Positions 39,904 through 48,257 of a DNA stretch of 64,000 nucleotides are shown piece by piece (position 1 is the first letter of the stretch; every line of letters begins with the position of its first letter). The notes beneath the pieces are model-generated. The model did not search any database and was not told where the DNA came from. It worked only from the letters and a program-made list of their open reading frames with translations. Made by a program: the position numbers and the translations under genes. Origin of the DNA: Vulcanimicrobiota bacterium (GTDB taxonomy: Bacteria; Vulcanimicrobiota; Vulcanimicrobiia; Eremiobacterales; Eremiobacteraceae); the NCBI GenBank assembly GCA_963805945.1, contig CAWDVP010000001.1, positions 224,001 to 288,000 of the forward strand. The letters run 5' to 3'.

Positions 39904-40941
39904 CTATGGAGCGGTCGAATTTATTCGACCGTTCTCTCCTTGAAACCCGAAGTAGTAGATCAGCGCGAGCGCGGTCACGGCGCCGAACATCAGCCGTATC
40001 TCGGGAGAGAAACGCTGCGGCGAGATGAACCCTTCGATGAGCGCGGCGCACATGAGCATGACGACCACGCCGCCGAAGAGCACAAGCGCTCGTTTCGAAT
40101 TCCGCACCAACGCATCGATGCGGCGCAGCCGCCCTGGGTTGAACAGCGCCGCCGACATCAAGAAGCCGGCGCCGCCCGCGATCTGGATGGCGGTCAACTC
40201 GATGACGCCGTGGGGCGCGATCGTCGCCCAGAAGTCGTAGCCGAAGCCTGCGTTCTGATACATCGCGCCGAGCCCGCCGACCATGAGGCCGTTGGTGAAG
40301 ATCATATAGGCCGTGGGCACGCCGGGCACGAGCAGCAGCAAGGTCATCGCGATGCCGTTCTCGAGCCCGAGCAGCGGCATGGGCGCGATGCCTCCGGCGA
40401 ACGCCATGGCGGCGACCCTGATGTTGTTCGTCATGATGGCCGCCGACATCGTGGACGCGAAATCGCGGTCGAACCCGAAGTTGGAATCGTGGAGCCGCTC
40501 GTGGATCGGCCGGATCCACTGCTCCGGCAGGATGACGAAGGCGTTGGTCGGATTGGCGGTGATCTGCAGATACGAGATGACCGCCGGAACGGCTGCGAGA
40601 GCGACAGCCGTGAGGATGTACCAGCGCGACCGGCGCACTTCTGCGGGGAAATCCCGGGCGAGAAAACGCGTGACGCGATTCCAACCGCCCTCCACGTTGC
40701 CGGCGTAGACGTACGCGTGCGAGCGCGCGGTCAGCCGATGGAGGTAGGCGCGCAAGCTCGCGTCGTACCTGCGCCCTTCGGCGAACGCGAGATCGGACGT
40801 CACCCAGCGGTAGAGCCGGCCGAGCTCCTCGATGGCCTCCGGTGGCAGCGCGCGCAGCCCGCGCTTCTCGGCCGTGTCGAGCAGCGCTTCGAGCCGCTGC
40901 CAGCCCGCGCGGCGCCGTTCCACGAAAACGCTCTGACGCAT
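39904..40941 (-). CDS. Stage II sporulation protein M (DUF95) family membrane protein
   Basis: IMTNNIRVA, NGLMVG, PHGVIELTAI and ALIEGFISP. Confidence 0.87.
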   Translation of the reverse strand: MRQSVFVERRRAGWQRLEALLDTAEKRGLRALPPEAIEELGRLYRWVTSDLAFAEGRRYDASLRAYLHRLTARSHAYVYAGNVEGGWNRVTRFLARDFPAEVRRSRWYILTAVALAAVPAVISYLQITANPTNAFVILPEQWIRPIHERLHDSNFGFDRDFASTMSAAIMTNNIRVAAMAFAGGIAPMPLLGLENGIAMTLLLLVPGVPTAYMIFTNGLMVGGLGAMYQNAGFGYDFWATIAPHGVIELTAIQIAGGAGFLMSAALFNPGRLRRIDALVRNSKRALVLFGGVVVMLMCAALIEGFISPQRFSPEIRLMFGAVTALALIYYFGFQGENGRINSTAP

Positions 40942-40979
40942 GCGGGCGATTTCTTGGGGGCCGCCGAAAGCGCCTCCGC

Positions 40980-41744
40980 GTGGAACGAACCGTCTCGGTG
41001 CGCACGCCTGAGAGCATCGCCTTCTCGTATGAGCTGGCGGGCCTCGGCAGCCGCTTTTTGGCGGTCGCGATCGACATCGTCATCCAAGTCCTCATCGCGG
41101 TCGCGATCGGCTTCGCGTTCAGCCTTGCCGCCGAGCGCAGCGGCGACGTCGCGAAGACGGCGCACGTCCCCAACGCCCAGGTCACCTCGCTCGTCATCGC
41201 GATCGTCATCCTCGTGATGTTCTTGATCTTCGACGGCTACTTCATCGTTTTCGAGGCGCTGTGGAACGGGCAGACGCCGGGCAAGCGGCTCTTGGGCATC
41301 CGCGTCGTGCGCGACGGCGGCTATCCCATCGATCTCGGCAGTTCGGTGCTGCGCAACCTGATCCGCATCCTCGAGGCCGCCCTGATCTACGTCCCCGCGG
41401 CCGTCTGCGCGTTGCTCTCACCGCAGAACAAGCGCATCGGCGACTACGCGGCCGGCACGATCGTCGTCCGCGACCGGGCGTTTGAAGTGTCGCATCCTGA
41501 CACGTGGCTCACGGGCGATGCGGCGCCTCAGTTGCCGCCGCTCGTCTCCGCCGAGGCGCTCACGCCGGAGGAGTGGATGCTGGTCGATCGCTACGTCGAG
41601 CGGCGCACGAGCCTGCCGCCCGGCGTCGCCGCGGATTCTGCCGCGCGCATCGCGAGCGCGCTGCGCCCGAAGATCGGCGATGCGGGCGCATCGCTCACTG
41701 ACGACGACCTCTTGTTGCGCTTGTCCGCTTCCCGCCGCCGCTGA
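40980..41744 (+). CDS. RDD family protein
   Basis: TPESI..ELAGLGSRFLAVAID, GQTPGKR and KRIGDYAAGT. Confidence 0.9.
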   Translation: MERTVSVRTPESIAFSYELAGLGSRFLAVAIDIVIQVLIAVAIGFAFSLAAERSGDVAKTAHVPNAQVTSLVIAIVILVMFLIFDGYFIVFEALWNGQTPGKRLLGIRVVRDGGYPIDLGSSVLRNLIRILEAALIYVPAAVCALLSPQNKRIGDYAAGTIVVRDRAFEVSHPDTWLTGDAAPQLPPLVSAEALTPEEWMLVDRYVERRTSLPPGVAADSAARIASALRPKIGDAGASLTDDDLLLRLSASRRR

Positions 41745-41822
41745 CAGGTCGGCGCTGCCCCGCCGCCTAAGTCGCCGAGTCGCCGTAGAACACCGGCACG
41801 TCAGACGGAGAGTGCGTCGCCT

Positions 41823-42941
41823 ATGAATCTCCTCGCGGTTTTGGTCGTCGCGCTCGCGGCGGCATCGCCTACTCCGGCCGCCCCGGCCGGCGCCGCGGCC
41901 ACTGCTACGCCCGTTCCCGGACCGACTATCAAACCGGTGCAGTGGCAGGGCGTCACGCTCGGCGAAGACATCGACGCCGTCCGCACGCGGCTCGGCAAGC
42001 CGGATTTCAGCCGCAAGATCATCCAAGGTTCGGCGCTCGTCGGCTATCAGATCCACGGCGGCGAAGGTTCACTCGTCATCGAGACCTCCGACCGCCAGGT
42101 GACGCAGATCCGCGTGGAGGCCGCGGCGCCGAAGCAGCTCGGCCTGCCGATCGGCGATCCGTTCGGTGTCGATCTCGGCGACAGTCTCAACCGCCTGCTC
42201 ACGGTGCGTGGCGAACCGACCCGCGCCGACGACGAAGGCGGCGATGAATCGACGACGACGTACGGAGGCTCGAACGACAACCGCTGGGTCTACAGCATGC
42301 ACAGCGGCATGATCTATGCGATCACGCTCGTCGCGCCGAAGCTGATCAACCCCGCTACGTTGGTGCCGCCGCGGCACGGCATCACGCTGACGGGCACACC
42401 CGCGCCGCCGCCGCGTCACCATATCGTCATCAAAGGGACGCCGGCTCCGACGCCCACGGGTGCGACGCCGAAAGGCGCCACGCCGGCCGGAGCGCCGACG
42501 GAAGCCCCCGTCGCCACGCCGTCGCCGACGCCGATACCCGGCATCGCAGTGACGCCGGCGCCGTCGCCCGAGCCGCGCATCGCGCCGCCGCCTTCAGGGC
42601 ATGGTTCGCCGACGCCGAAGCCCACCGCCGCGCCGACCGCTGCGCCGACGCCGACGCCGACGCCCAATCCGAACGCGACACCGGCGGCCGACGGCAGCTC
42701 GGTGCAGACGGCGATCGTCGTGCGCGCGCCCGATCAGACCGAGGGCTTCACCTACATCTATAAGTTCGTCGAGAACATCCCGTGCGCCGACGGCAACTCG
42801 CAATATCGCATCGCCGATCAGGTCATCTTCTCGGAGAACCGCCACAACTACGCCAAGGTGACCGGGGAATGTCCGGTGGGGCACGACCGTCGAGCGTTCT
42901 TCTTCGACATCACGTACATCTTCACGCGCGCCCCGCGCTGA
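41823..42941 (+). CDS. Exported hypothetical protein with long Pro/Thr linker
   Basis: Signal peptide, two similar small domains (GVTLGE / GVDLGD), PTPTP tract and C-terminal DGSSVQTAIV...FFFDIT. Confidence 0.7.
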   Translation: MNLLAVLVVALAAASPTPAAPAGAAATATPVPGPTIKPVQWQGVTLGEDIDAVRTRLGKPDFSRKIIQGSALVGYQIHGGEGSLVIETSDRQVTQIRVEAAAPKQLGLPIGDPFGVDLGDSLNRLLTVRGEPTRADDEGGDESTTTYGGSNDNRWVYSMHSGMIYAITLVAPKLINPATLVPPRHGITLTGTPAPPPRHHIVIKGTPAPTPTGATPKGATPAGAPTEAPVATPSPTPIPGIAVTPAPSPEPRIAPPPSGHGSPTPKPTAAPTAAPTPTPTPNPNATPAADGSSVQTAIVVRAPDQTEGFTYIYKFVENIPCADGNSQYRIADQVIFSENRHNYAKVTGECPVGHDRRAFFFDITYIFTRAPR

Positions 42942-42970
42942 CGCGCACGACACGGCTGGCGCGCCCGACC

Positions 42971-42998
42971 ATGTAGGGGTCGACCCTTAGGTCGGCCC
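42971..42998 (+). repeat. GTAG-type REP palindrome
   Basis: ATGTAGGGGTCGACCCTTAGGTCGGCCC, overlapping the stop of the FAD subunit gene. Confidence 0.8.
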
Positions 42999-43985
42999 TT
43001 GCACGGTCAGGTCGCCGAGGGCGCGGCGCGCGAACACGCGCAGCATCCGCTTGCGATACGGGATGGTCGCGCTGGTGTTGTCGAGCGGCCGCCCGACGGC
43101 GAACGCCGCGTCCGCGGCGGCTTCAAGTGCGCCGTCGTCGAGCGTACTGCCGACGAGGGCCTGCACCGCGAGCGGCACCTCCAACGGTTTCGGTGCGACC
43201 GCGTTGAGCACGAGCTTCGCGGCCGTGCAGATGCCGGCGTCATCGAGCCGCACGACGACCGCGACGCCGAGGATCGGGAAATCGAACGAGTTGCGCAACC
43301 GCAGCTTGCGATAGGCGCTGCGCGTGTGCGGCGCGGGCGGCGGCACCGAGATGCGCGTGACGATCTCGCCCGGCTGCTTCTCCCATGCGTACATGCCGTC
43401 GTTGAGGTAGAACGATGCGATCGGCACTTCGCGCTCGCCTGACGGCCCTGCAAGATGCACGCTAGCACCGAACGCCTGCAGCACCGGCGCCATGTCCGAC
43501 GAGTTCACCGCGAGGCATTTCGGACTGCTCGTCGCGACGCGGCAGATATCGCCGTCCTTCTTCATGCAATAGCCGAGCGCTTTGCGCCAATCGAGGTTCT
43601 GGTTGTAATAGTTGCAGCGTGTATCGACGCATAGATTGCCGCCCAGCGTCCCCATGTTGCGCAGCTGCGGCGTCGAGATGAGCGCTGCGGCCTGCGCGAG
43701 CGCGGGATAGTGGCGCTGCACCGCATCGCTTTCGGCGATCGAGGTGAGCGTCGCGAGCGCGCCGACGGTCAGCCCGCTCACGTCGTTGTAGCGGATGAAA
43801 CCGAGATTGCGGATGGGCCGCAGACCGACGAGCACCTTCGGCGTGAACAAGCGCTGCTTCATGTTCGCGTAGAGATCGGTGCCGCCGGACACCGGCAGCG
43901 CGTCGAGCCCATGCTCGGCGAGCAGCGCGACCGCTTCATCGGCGGTGTGCGCGGGGACGTAACGGAACGACGGCAGGCGCAGCAT
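42987..43985 (-). CDS. Xanthine dehydrogenase family FAD subunit, HcrB-like with [4Fe-4S] insert
   Basis: GGTDL and QLRNMGTLGGNLC; four-Cys insert RCNYYNQ..CMKKDGDIC..KC. Confidence 0.85.
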   Translation of the reverse strand: MLRLPSFRYVPAHTADEAVALLAEHGLDALPVSGGTDLYANMKQRLFTPKVLVGLRPIRNLGFIRYNDVSGLTVGALATLTSIAESDAVQRHYPALAQAAALISTPQLRNMGTLGGNLCVDTRCNYYNQNLDWRKALGYCMKKDGDICRVATSSPKCLAVNSSDMAPVLQAFGASVHLAGPSGEREVPIASFYLNDGMYAWEKQPGEIVTRISVPPPAPHTRSAYRKLRLRNSFDFPILGVAVVVRLDDAGICTAAKLVLNAVAPKPLEVPLAVQALVGSTLDDGALEAAADAAFAVGRPLDNTSATIPYRKRMLRVFARRALGDLTVQGPT

Positions 43986-44017
43986 GGTGGACTCTTATCG
44001 GGCGGACGCCATGCGCC

Positions 44018-45619
44018 CTACCTGCCGGCGAATGACAGGTCCTGGAACGAGACCATGCTGTCGGGCGAGGCCACGAAACCCCGGATGTCCGCGCGGAAGA
44101 CGATCGGGTTGCTGGTGTGGGCGATAGTGACGATCGGCGCTTGCTCTCGGACGACCGCAAGCGCCCGCAGGTACAGCGCGCTGCGCTGTGTGCGTCCGAC
44201 GATGCGCTGCGCAGCGGCGACGTCCGCGCTGAACGCATCGTCGCGCCAAAACGCCAGGTTGTACGCGCCTGGCGGATTCGCATTGTCCTTGCTCAGCGGC
44301 ACGTAGAGGAAATTGTCCGGATCGCCGTTGTCGCCCGTCCAGCCCGAGAGGCACATGTCGTGCTCGGCGTTCTCGACCTTCTGCAGGTAGACACCCCACT
44401 CGAAGCCTTGGAGCCGCGCGTCGATGCCGACGGCGCGCAGTTCCGCTTGCACCGCCTCGGCGACACGCTGCGGCTCCGGCAGATACGGCCGCGGCGCGGT
44501 CATGTACCAGAGCGTGGTTGAAAAGCCATGCGGATAGCCGGCTTGCGCGAGCAGCCGCCGTGCCGCTGCCGGATCGTACGGATGCGCCACCTCGCCGCCG
44601 CGCGGCCACACCACCTCGGGCAAGAACTCGCGCGCGATCTTGGCGGTCGGATCGTAGAAATGCGCGACGATCGACGCGCGGTCGATCGCTTCGTTGATCG
44701 CGAGCCGCACGCGTGCGTCGTCGAAGGGATGCTTGAGATTGTTGAGCGCGATGAAGCTGAGGCTGTTCGGCGGCTGGTGGTAGATGCGCAGACGCGGATC
44801 TGCGGCGACCTGCGCAAGCGCGCCCGGGGTCGGGTATTCCCAGCCGTCGAGATCGCCGCGCCCGAGCAGCAGCAGGGTGGTCGCCGCATCGGGGATGTCG
44901 CGCAGCACGACCGTACGGATGTAGGCCTTTCGTCCCCAATACCCCTCAAAACGACGCAGCGTGATGTGGTCGTCGCGCACCCACTCGACGAACGCGTACG
45001 GACCCGTGCCGACAGGCTGCTGCGCGAAACGCTCGCGCTCTTTTTGCAGCGCGGTGGGCGATGCGATGCCGAACGCCGGCATGGCGAGATTGGCGAGCAG
45101 CGGCGCCACCGGATCGCGCAGGTCGATCTCGACCGTGAGCGGATCTGTCGCTTTGACCGCGGCGATGCGGCCGGGAAATCCGCCGAACTGGCCGCCGTAA
45201 TAGGTGAAGAATCCCCACGCGTGATAGGGGTTGTGCGGATCGCGCCAGCGATCGAAGTTGAACTTGACCGCGTTGGCGTCGAACGGCGTGCCGTCCTGGA
45301 AGCGCACGCCGCGCCGCAGGTGGAAGGTCCACATGCGCCCGTCAGCGCTCGACGACCAGGATGTGGCGAGCGATGGCTCGACGTCGAAGCTGCCCGGCTT
45401 GTAACGGGTGAGCCCTTCGTAGATGACGTGCGTCGCGGTGAGCGAGATGCCGTCGGATGAGACGGCCGGGTCCAAGGTGACCGCATCCTTGTTGCGCCCG
45501 AACACGAGCGTGTCGGGCACGCCGGCGGTCGGCTGCGACGCGCAGCCATACGCCGACATTAAGATGAACACCACGAGGCATGCCACAGCCGAAAAGCGTA
45601 CAGGGCGGCGAGAGGACAT
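44018..45619 (-). CDS. Peptide/nickel ABC substrate-binding lipoprotein (DppA-like)
   Basis: Lipobox AYGC; IYEGL, PSLATSW, GVRFQDGTPF, PVGTGPY and GWTGDNGDPDNF. Confidence 0.9.
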   Translation of the reverse strand: MSSRRPVRFSAVACLVVFILMSAYGCASQPTAGVPDTLVFGRNKDAVTLDPAVSSDGISLTATHVIYEGLTRYKPGSFDVEPSLATSWSSSADGRMWTFHLRRGVRFQDGTPFDANAVKFNFDRWRDPHNPYHAWGFFTYYGGQFGGFPGRIAAVKATDPLTVEIDLRDPVAPLLANLAMPAFGIASPTALQKERERFAQQPVGTGPYAFVEWVRDDHITLRRFEGYWGRKAYIRTVVLRDIPDAATTLLLLGRGDLDGWEYPTPGALAQVAADPRLRIYHQPPNSLSFIALNNLKHPFDDARVRLAINEAIDRASIVAHFYDPTAKIAREFLPEVVWPRGGEVAHPYDPAAARRLLAQAGYPHGFSTTLWYMTAPRPYLPEPQRVAEAVQAELRAVGIDARLQGFEWGVYLQKVENAEHDMCLSGWTGDNGDPDNFLYVPLSKDNANPPGAYNLAFWRDDAFSADVAAAQRIVGRTQRSALYLRALAVVREQAPIVTIAHTSNPIVFRADIRGFVASPDSMVSFQDLSFAGR

Positions 45620-45622
45620 GTG

Positions 45623-46852
45623 ATGACACTTATACTCGAAGGCGCGACACTCATTGACGGCACCGGCGCAGACCCGGTAGCGCAGGCGACGGTGGCGATC
45701 GACGGCGACACGATCGCATCGGTCGGCAAAGGCGGCACGGCTCGGTCCAAGGGCGAGGTCATCGACCTCGCGGGACTGACGCTCTTGCCCGGACTCATGG
45801 ACGCGCACGCCCATCTCGGACTGGTCACCGATTTCACCGCGGACCCGGGCGCGATGTCGTCCGCCGAGATCGCTGCGCGCACGTTCCGCAATTGCGAGCT
45901 GTGCATCGACGCGGGCTTCACCACGGTCCGCGATATGTGCGGCGTCGACGGCGGGCTCGCGCACACCGTCGCAAGCGGCCAGGTGCGCGGTCCGCGCATC
46001 TTCCCGTCCGCGGCGGCGATCGTGCAGACCGGCGGCCACGGCCACATCACCGGACCCTACTGCTTCCAAGACCACTCGCTCGAATTCCCCGGTCTCGTGC
46101 AGATGATCGCCATCTGCGACGGCGCGGATGAGGTGCGCCGTCAAGCGCGGCTCAATTTCCGGCGCGGCGCCACGCAGCTCAAGGCGTTCATCAGCGGCGG
46201 CGTCGTTTCGACCACCGATCGACTCGAGGACACGCAGCTCACCGTCGAGGAGCTGCGCGCTGCAGTGTTCGAAGCACGCGCGCGCGACACGTACGTCGCC
46301 GGGCACGCGCACAACTGCCAGGCGATCATGAACGGCTTGGAAGCGGGCCTCGAATGCTTCGAGCACGGCACGATGCTCGACGAGAAGACCGCAGCCGCCA
46401 TGAAACGCGCCGGCGCGGCGCTCGATCCGACCTTCGCCGTCTGCCGCCTCATGGTCGATTCGTGGCGCGAGTGGAAACTGCCCGAGTCCGTCGTGCCGCG
46501 TGTCGCGCGCTGCGAACAGATGATGAGCGACGCCGTGCGCATCGCTCGCGCCGCGGGCGTCCTCACCGGCTCCGGCTCCGACCTGCTCGGTTCGGAGCAG
46601 AACCGGCGCGGGCTTGAGCTCGTCATCAAGGCCAAGATCCTGAGCCCGATGGAGGCGATCGTCAGCGCCACGCTCTCCAATGCCAAGATCTTCCGCCAAG
46701 ACCACCGGCTCGGTTCGGTGGAAAAGGGCAAGCTCGCCGACGTCATCGCGGTGCGCGGCGATCCGTTGTCGGACCCGGCGCTGTTCGACGACCCCTCGCG
46801 CGTCATGCTCGTCGTCAAAGGCGGCACAATCCTCAAGAATCTCGTCGCCTAA
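45623..46852 (+). CDS. Metal-dependent amidohydrolase (Xaa-Pro dipeptidase-like)
   Basis: PGLMDAHAH, GFTTVRD, AGHAH, FEHG, GSD and GKLAD. Confidence 0.9.
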   Translation: MTLILEGATLIDGTGADPVAQATVAIDGDTIASVGKGGTARSKGEVIDLAGLTLLPGLMDAHAHLGLVTDFTADPGAMSSAEIAARTFRNCELCIDAGFTTVRDMCGVDGGLAHTVASGQVRGPRIFPSAAAIVQTGGHGHITGPYCFQDHSLEFPGLVQMIAICDGADEVRRQARLNFRRGATQLKAFISGGVVSTTDRLEDTQLTVEELRAAVFEARARDTYVAGHAHNCQAIMNGLEAGLECFEHGTMLDEKTAAAMKRAGAALDPTFAVCRLMVDSWREWKLPESVVPRVARCEQMMSDAVRIARAAGVLTGSGSDLLGSEQNRRGLELVIKAKILSPMEAIVSATLSNAKIFRQDHRLGSVEKGKLADVIAVRGDPLSDPALFDDPSRVMLVVKGGTILKNLVA

Positions 46853-47065
46853 GGCCCCGTCCCGCTTCCTCGTCTTCATGCGCACCGCGGCGGCCCAAGT
46901 CTCGGTACCGGGCTCGCGGCATGTTCCGTATTGACCCCGAGGCCCACATCGGGCCTCATGCTCTATCCTTGGACCAGAGGCAGGCGCCGCTCGGCAACCC
47001 CGGCGCCTCGCCCTCTCCGATCGATGCGAATCGATATGGCGCTCAAGGTTCAAGGAGGTTCAATC

Positions 47066-47509
47066 ATGACCGCACGCTCGAACCGCAATCCCGCATTGGC
47101 AGCCGCCGCCCTGGCGGTCGCGATCGGCCTTGCGTCCGCCATCCCCGCCGGCGCGGCGCCCCGCGTCAGCTTCAGCGAACTCCTCCCGGCCGGGCCGGTC
47201 TACATGCTCGACACCATCATCGTGACAGGCTGCGCGACCCCGGACTCGCCGGCGCGCATCAGCGACGCGTATCCCGTGCAGTGGCCGGAAGTTCCGGCGT
47301 CGCAGAACGTCGACGCGGCCACTTCGAGGATCCGACTCAACCTCGACTCACGCGGCACCTTGGTCGCGGCGGCTATCGCCGACTCCTCGGGCAATGAGCT
47401 GCTCGACGAGGCAGCGCTCTCCGCGGTCCGGCTCTCGTCCTACGAGCCCGAGGTCCGCAAGTGCACCTCGCTCGCGGCCGCGTACTTCGTCGACGTGATG
47501 TTCGAGTGA
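47066..47509 (+). CDS. Exported TonB C-terminal-domain-like protein
   Basis: AAGGAGG RBS, signal peptide and SSGNELLDEAALSAVR. Confidence 0.7.
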   Translation: MTARSNRNPALAAAALAVAIGLASAIPAGAAPRVSFSELLPAGPVYMLDTIIVTGCATPDSPARISDAYPVQWPEVPASQNVDAATSRIRLNLDSRGTLVAAAIADSSGNELLDEAALSAVRLSSYEPEVRKCTSLAAAYFVDVMFE

Positions 47510-47596
47510 CCCGCGATCGACGACACGGATGACACGACACAGGCCGGCGCCGCTCATCTCAGCGGCGTCGGTCTTCCTTATCCTAAGGCGTTCGCG

Positions 47597-48082
47597 TCAG
47601 TTCGAGGACTTTGCGGCGGCACCGTAGCGGCGCAGCTCGGCCGCGAGATCGAGCCGTTTCGTCGGCGCTTCCTTCTCATATTGGCCCCATTGGTCGCGCG
47701 GCACCATCCACATGATCTCGAACTCGTGACCGTCGGGGTCGGCGCCATACAGCGATTTCGTGGCGCCGTGGTCGCTCTCGCCAGCGAGCACGCCGGCGGC
47801 GACGAGCGCTTCACGCGCCTGGGCGAGATCCTCGATCGTCGGCACTTCCCACGCTATGTGGAACAGACCGACCGCGTTGCGCGCCGGACGCACCGCTTTG
47901 TCGCCGAGCGCGAGGAAGCCGAGGTCGTGGTGGTTCGCCGAGCCGTGCGCGCGCATGAACGCCATCTGGCCGCCGGCACGCGCCACTTCGTCGAAGCCGA
48001 AAACGTCATGATAGAAGGCGACGGAGCGGTCGAGGTCGCGCACGAGCAGGACGGCGTGATTGATGTGTTTGACGGGGATCAA
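47597..48082 (-). CDS. VOC/glyoxalase family protein
   Basis: INHAVLLVRDLDRSVAFY, HHDLG, GLFHIAW and SLYGADPDGHEFE; TTG start after GGAGG. Confidence 0.88.
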   Translation of the reverse strand: MIPVKHINHAVLLVRDLDRSVAFYHDVFGFDEVARAGGQMAFMRAHGSANHHDLGFLALGDKAVRPARNAVGLFHIAWEVPTIEDLAQAREALVAAGVLAGESDHGATKSLYGADPDGHEFEIMWMVPRDQWGQYEKEAPTKRLDLAAELRRYGAAAKSSN

Positions 48083-48195
48083 TGCGAACTGCCTCCATGG
48101 AGAGTGACGATGATGAGCACAACGATCAAGAAGACGCCCATCGCGATCCAAAGTACCTGGTTTGCGTACACAAGCACGAGAAGCGACGTGAACAT
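48079..48195 (-). CDS. Possible small single-TM protein (38 aa)
   Basis: MFTSLLVLVYANQVLWIAMGVFLIVVLIIVTLHGGSSH; TTGA overlap with the VOC start. Confidence 0.45.
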   Translation of the reverse strand: MFTSLLVLVYANQVLWIAMGVFLIVVLIIVTLHGGSSH

Positions 48196-48257
48196 CCCCT
48201 GAATCCGTTTCGGGTCACCGCCGGGTCGAGCGTTCGGCGGAAAACCCGGCAACTGTT

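Noticed and set aside
39904..40941. SpoIIM as evidence of sporulation
   Set aside because: This DUF95 family is common in non-sporulating bacteria within the MoxR cluster.
42430..42690. Low-complexity ccgacg repeats
   Set aside because: They encode a Pro/Thr linker and are not an independent DNA repeat.
44018..47053. 1011-aa minus-strand ORF suggesting a giant fusion protein
   Set aside because: Its N-terminal half is the antisense shadow of the amidohydrolase. The real protein starts near 45619 with a lipoprotein signal.
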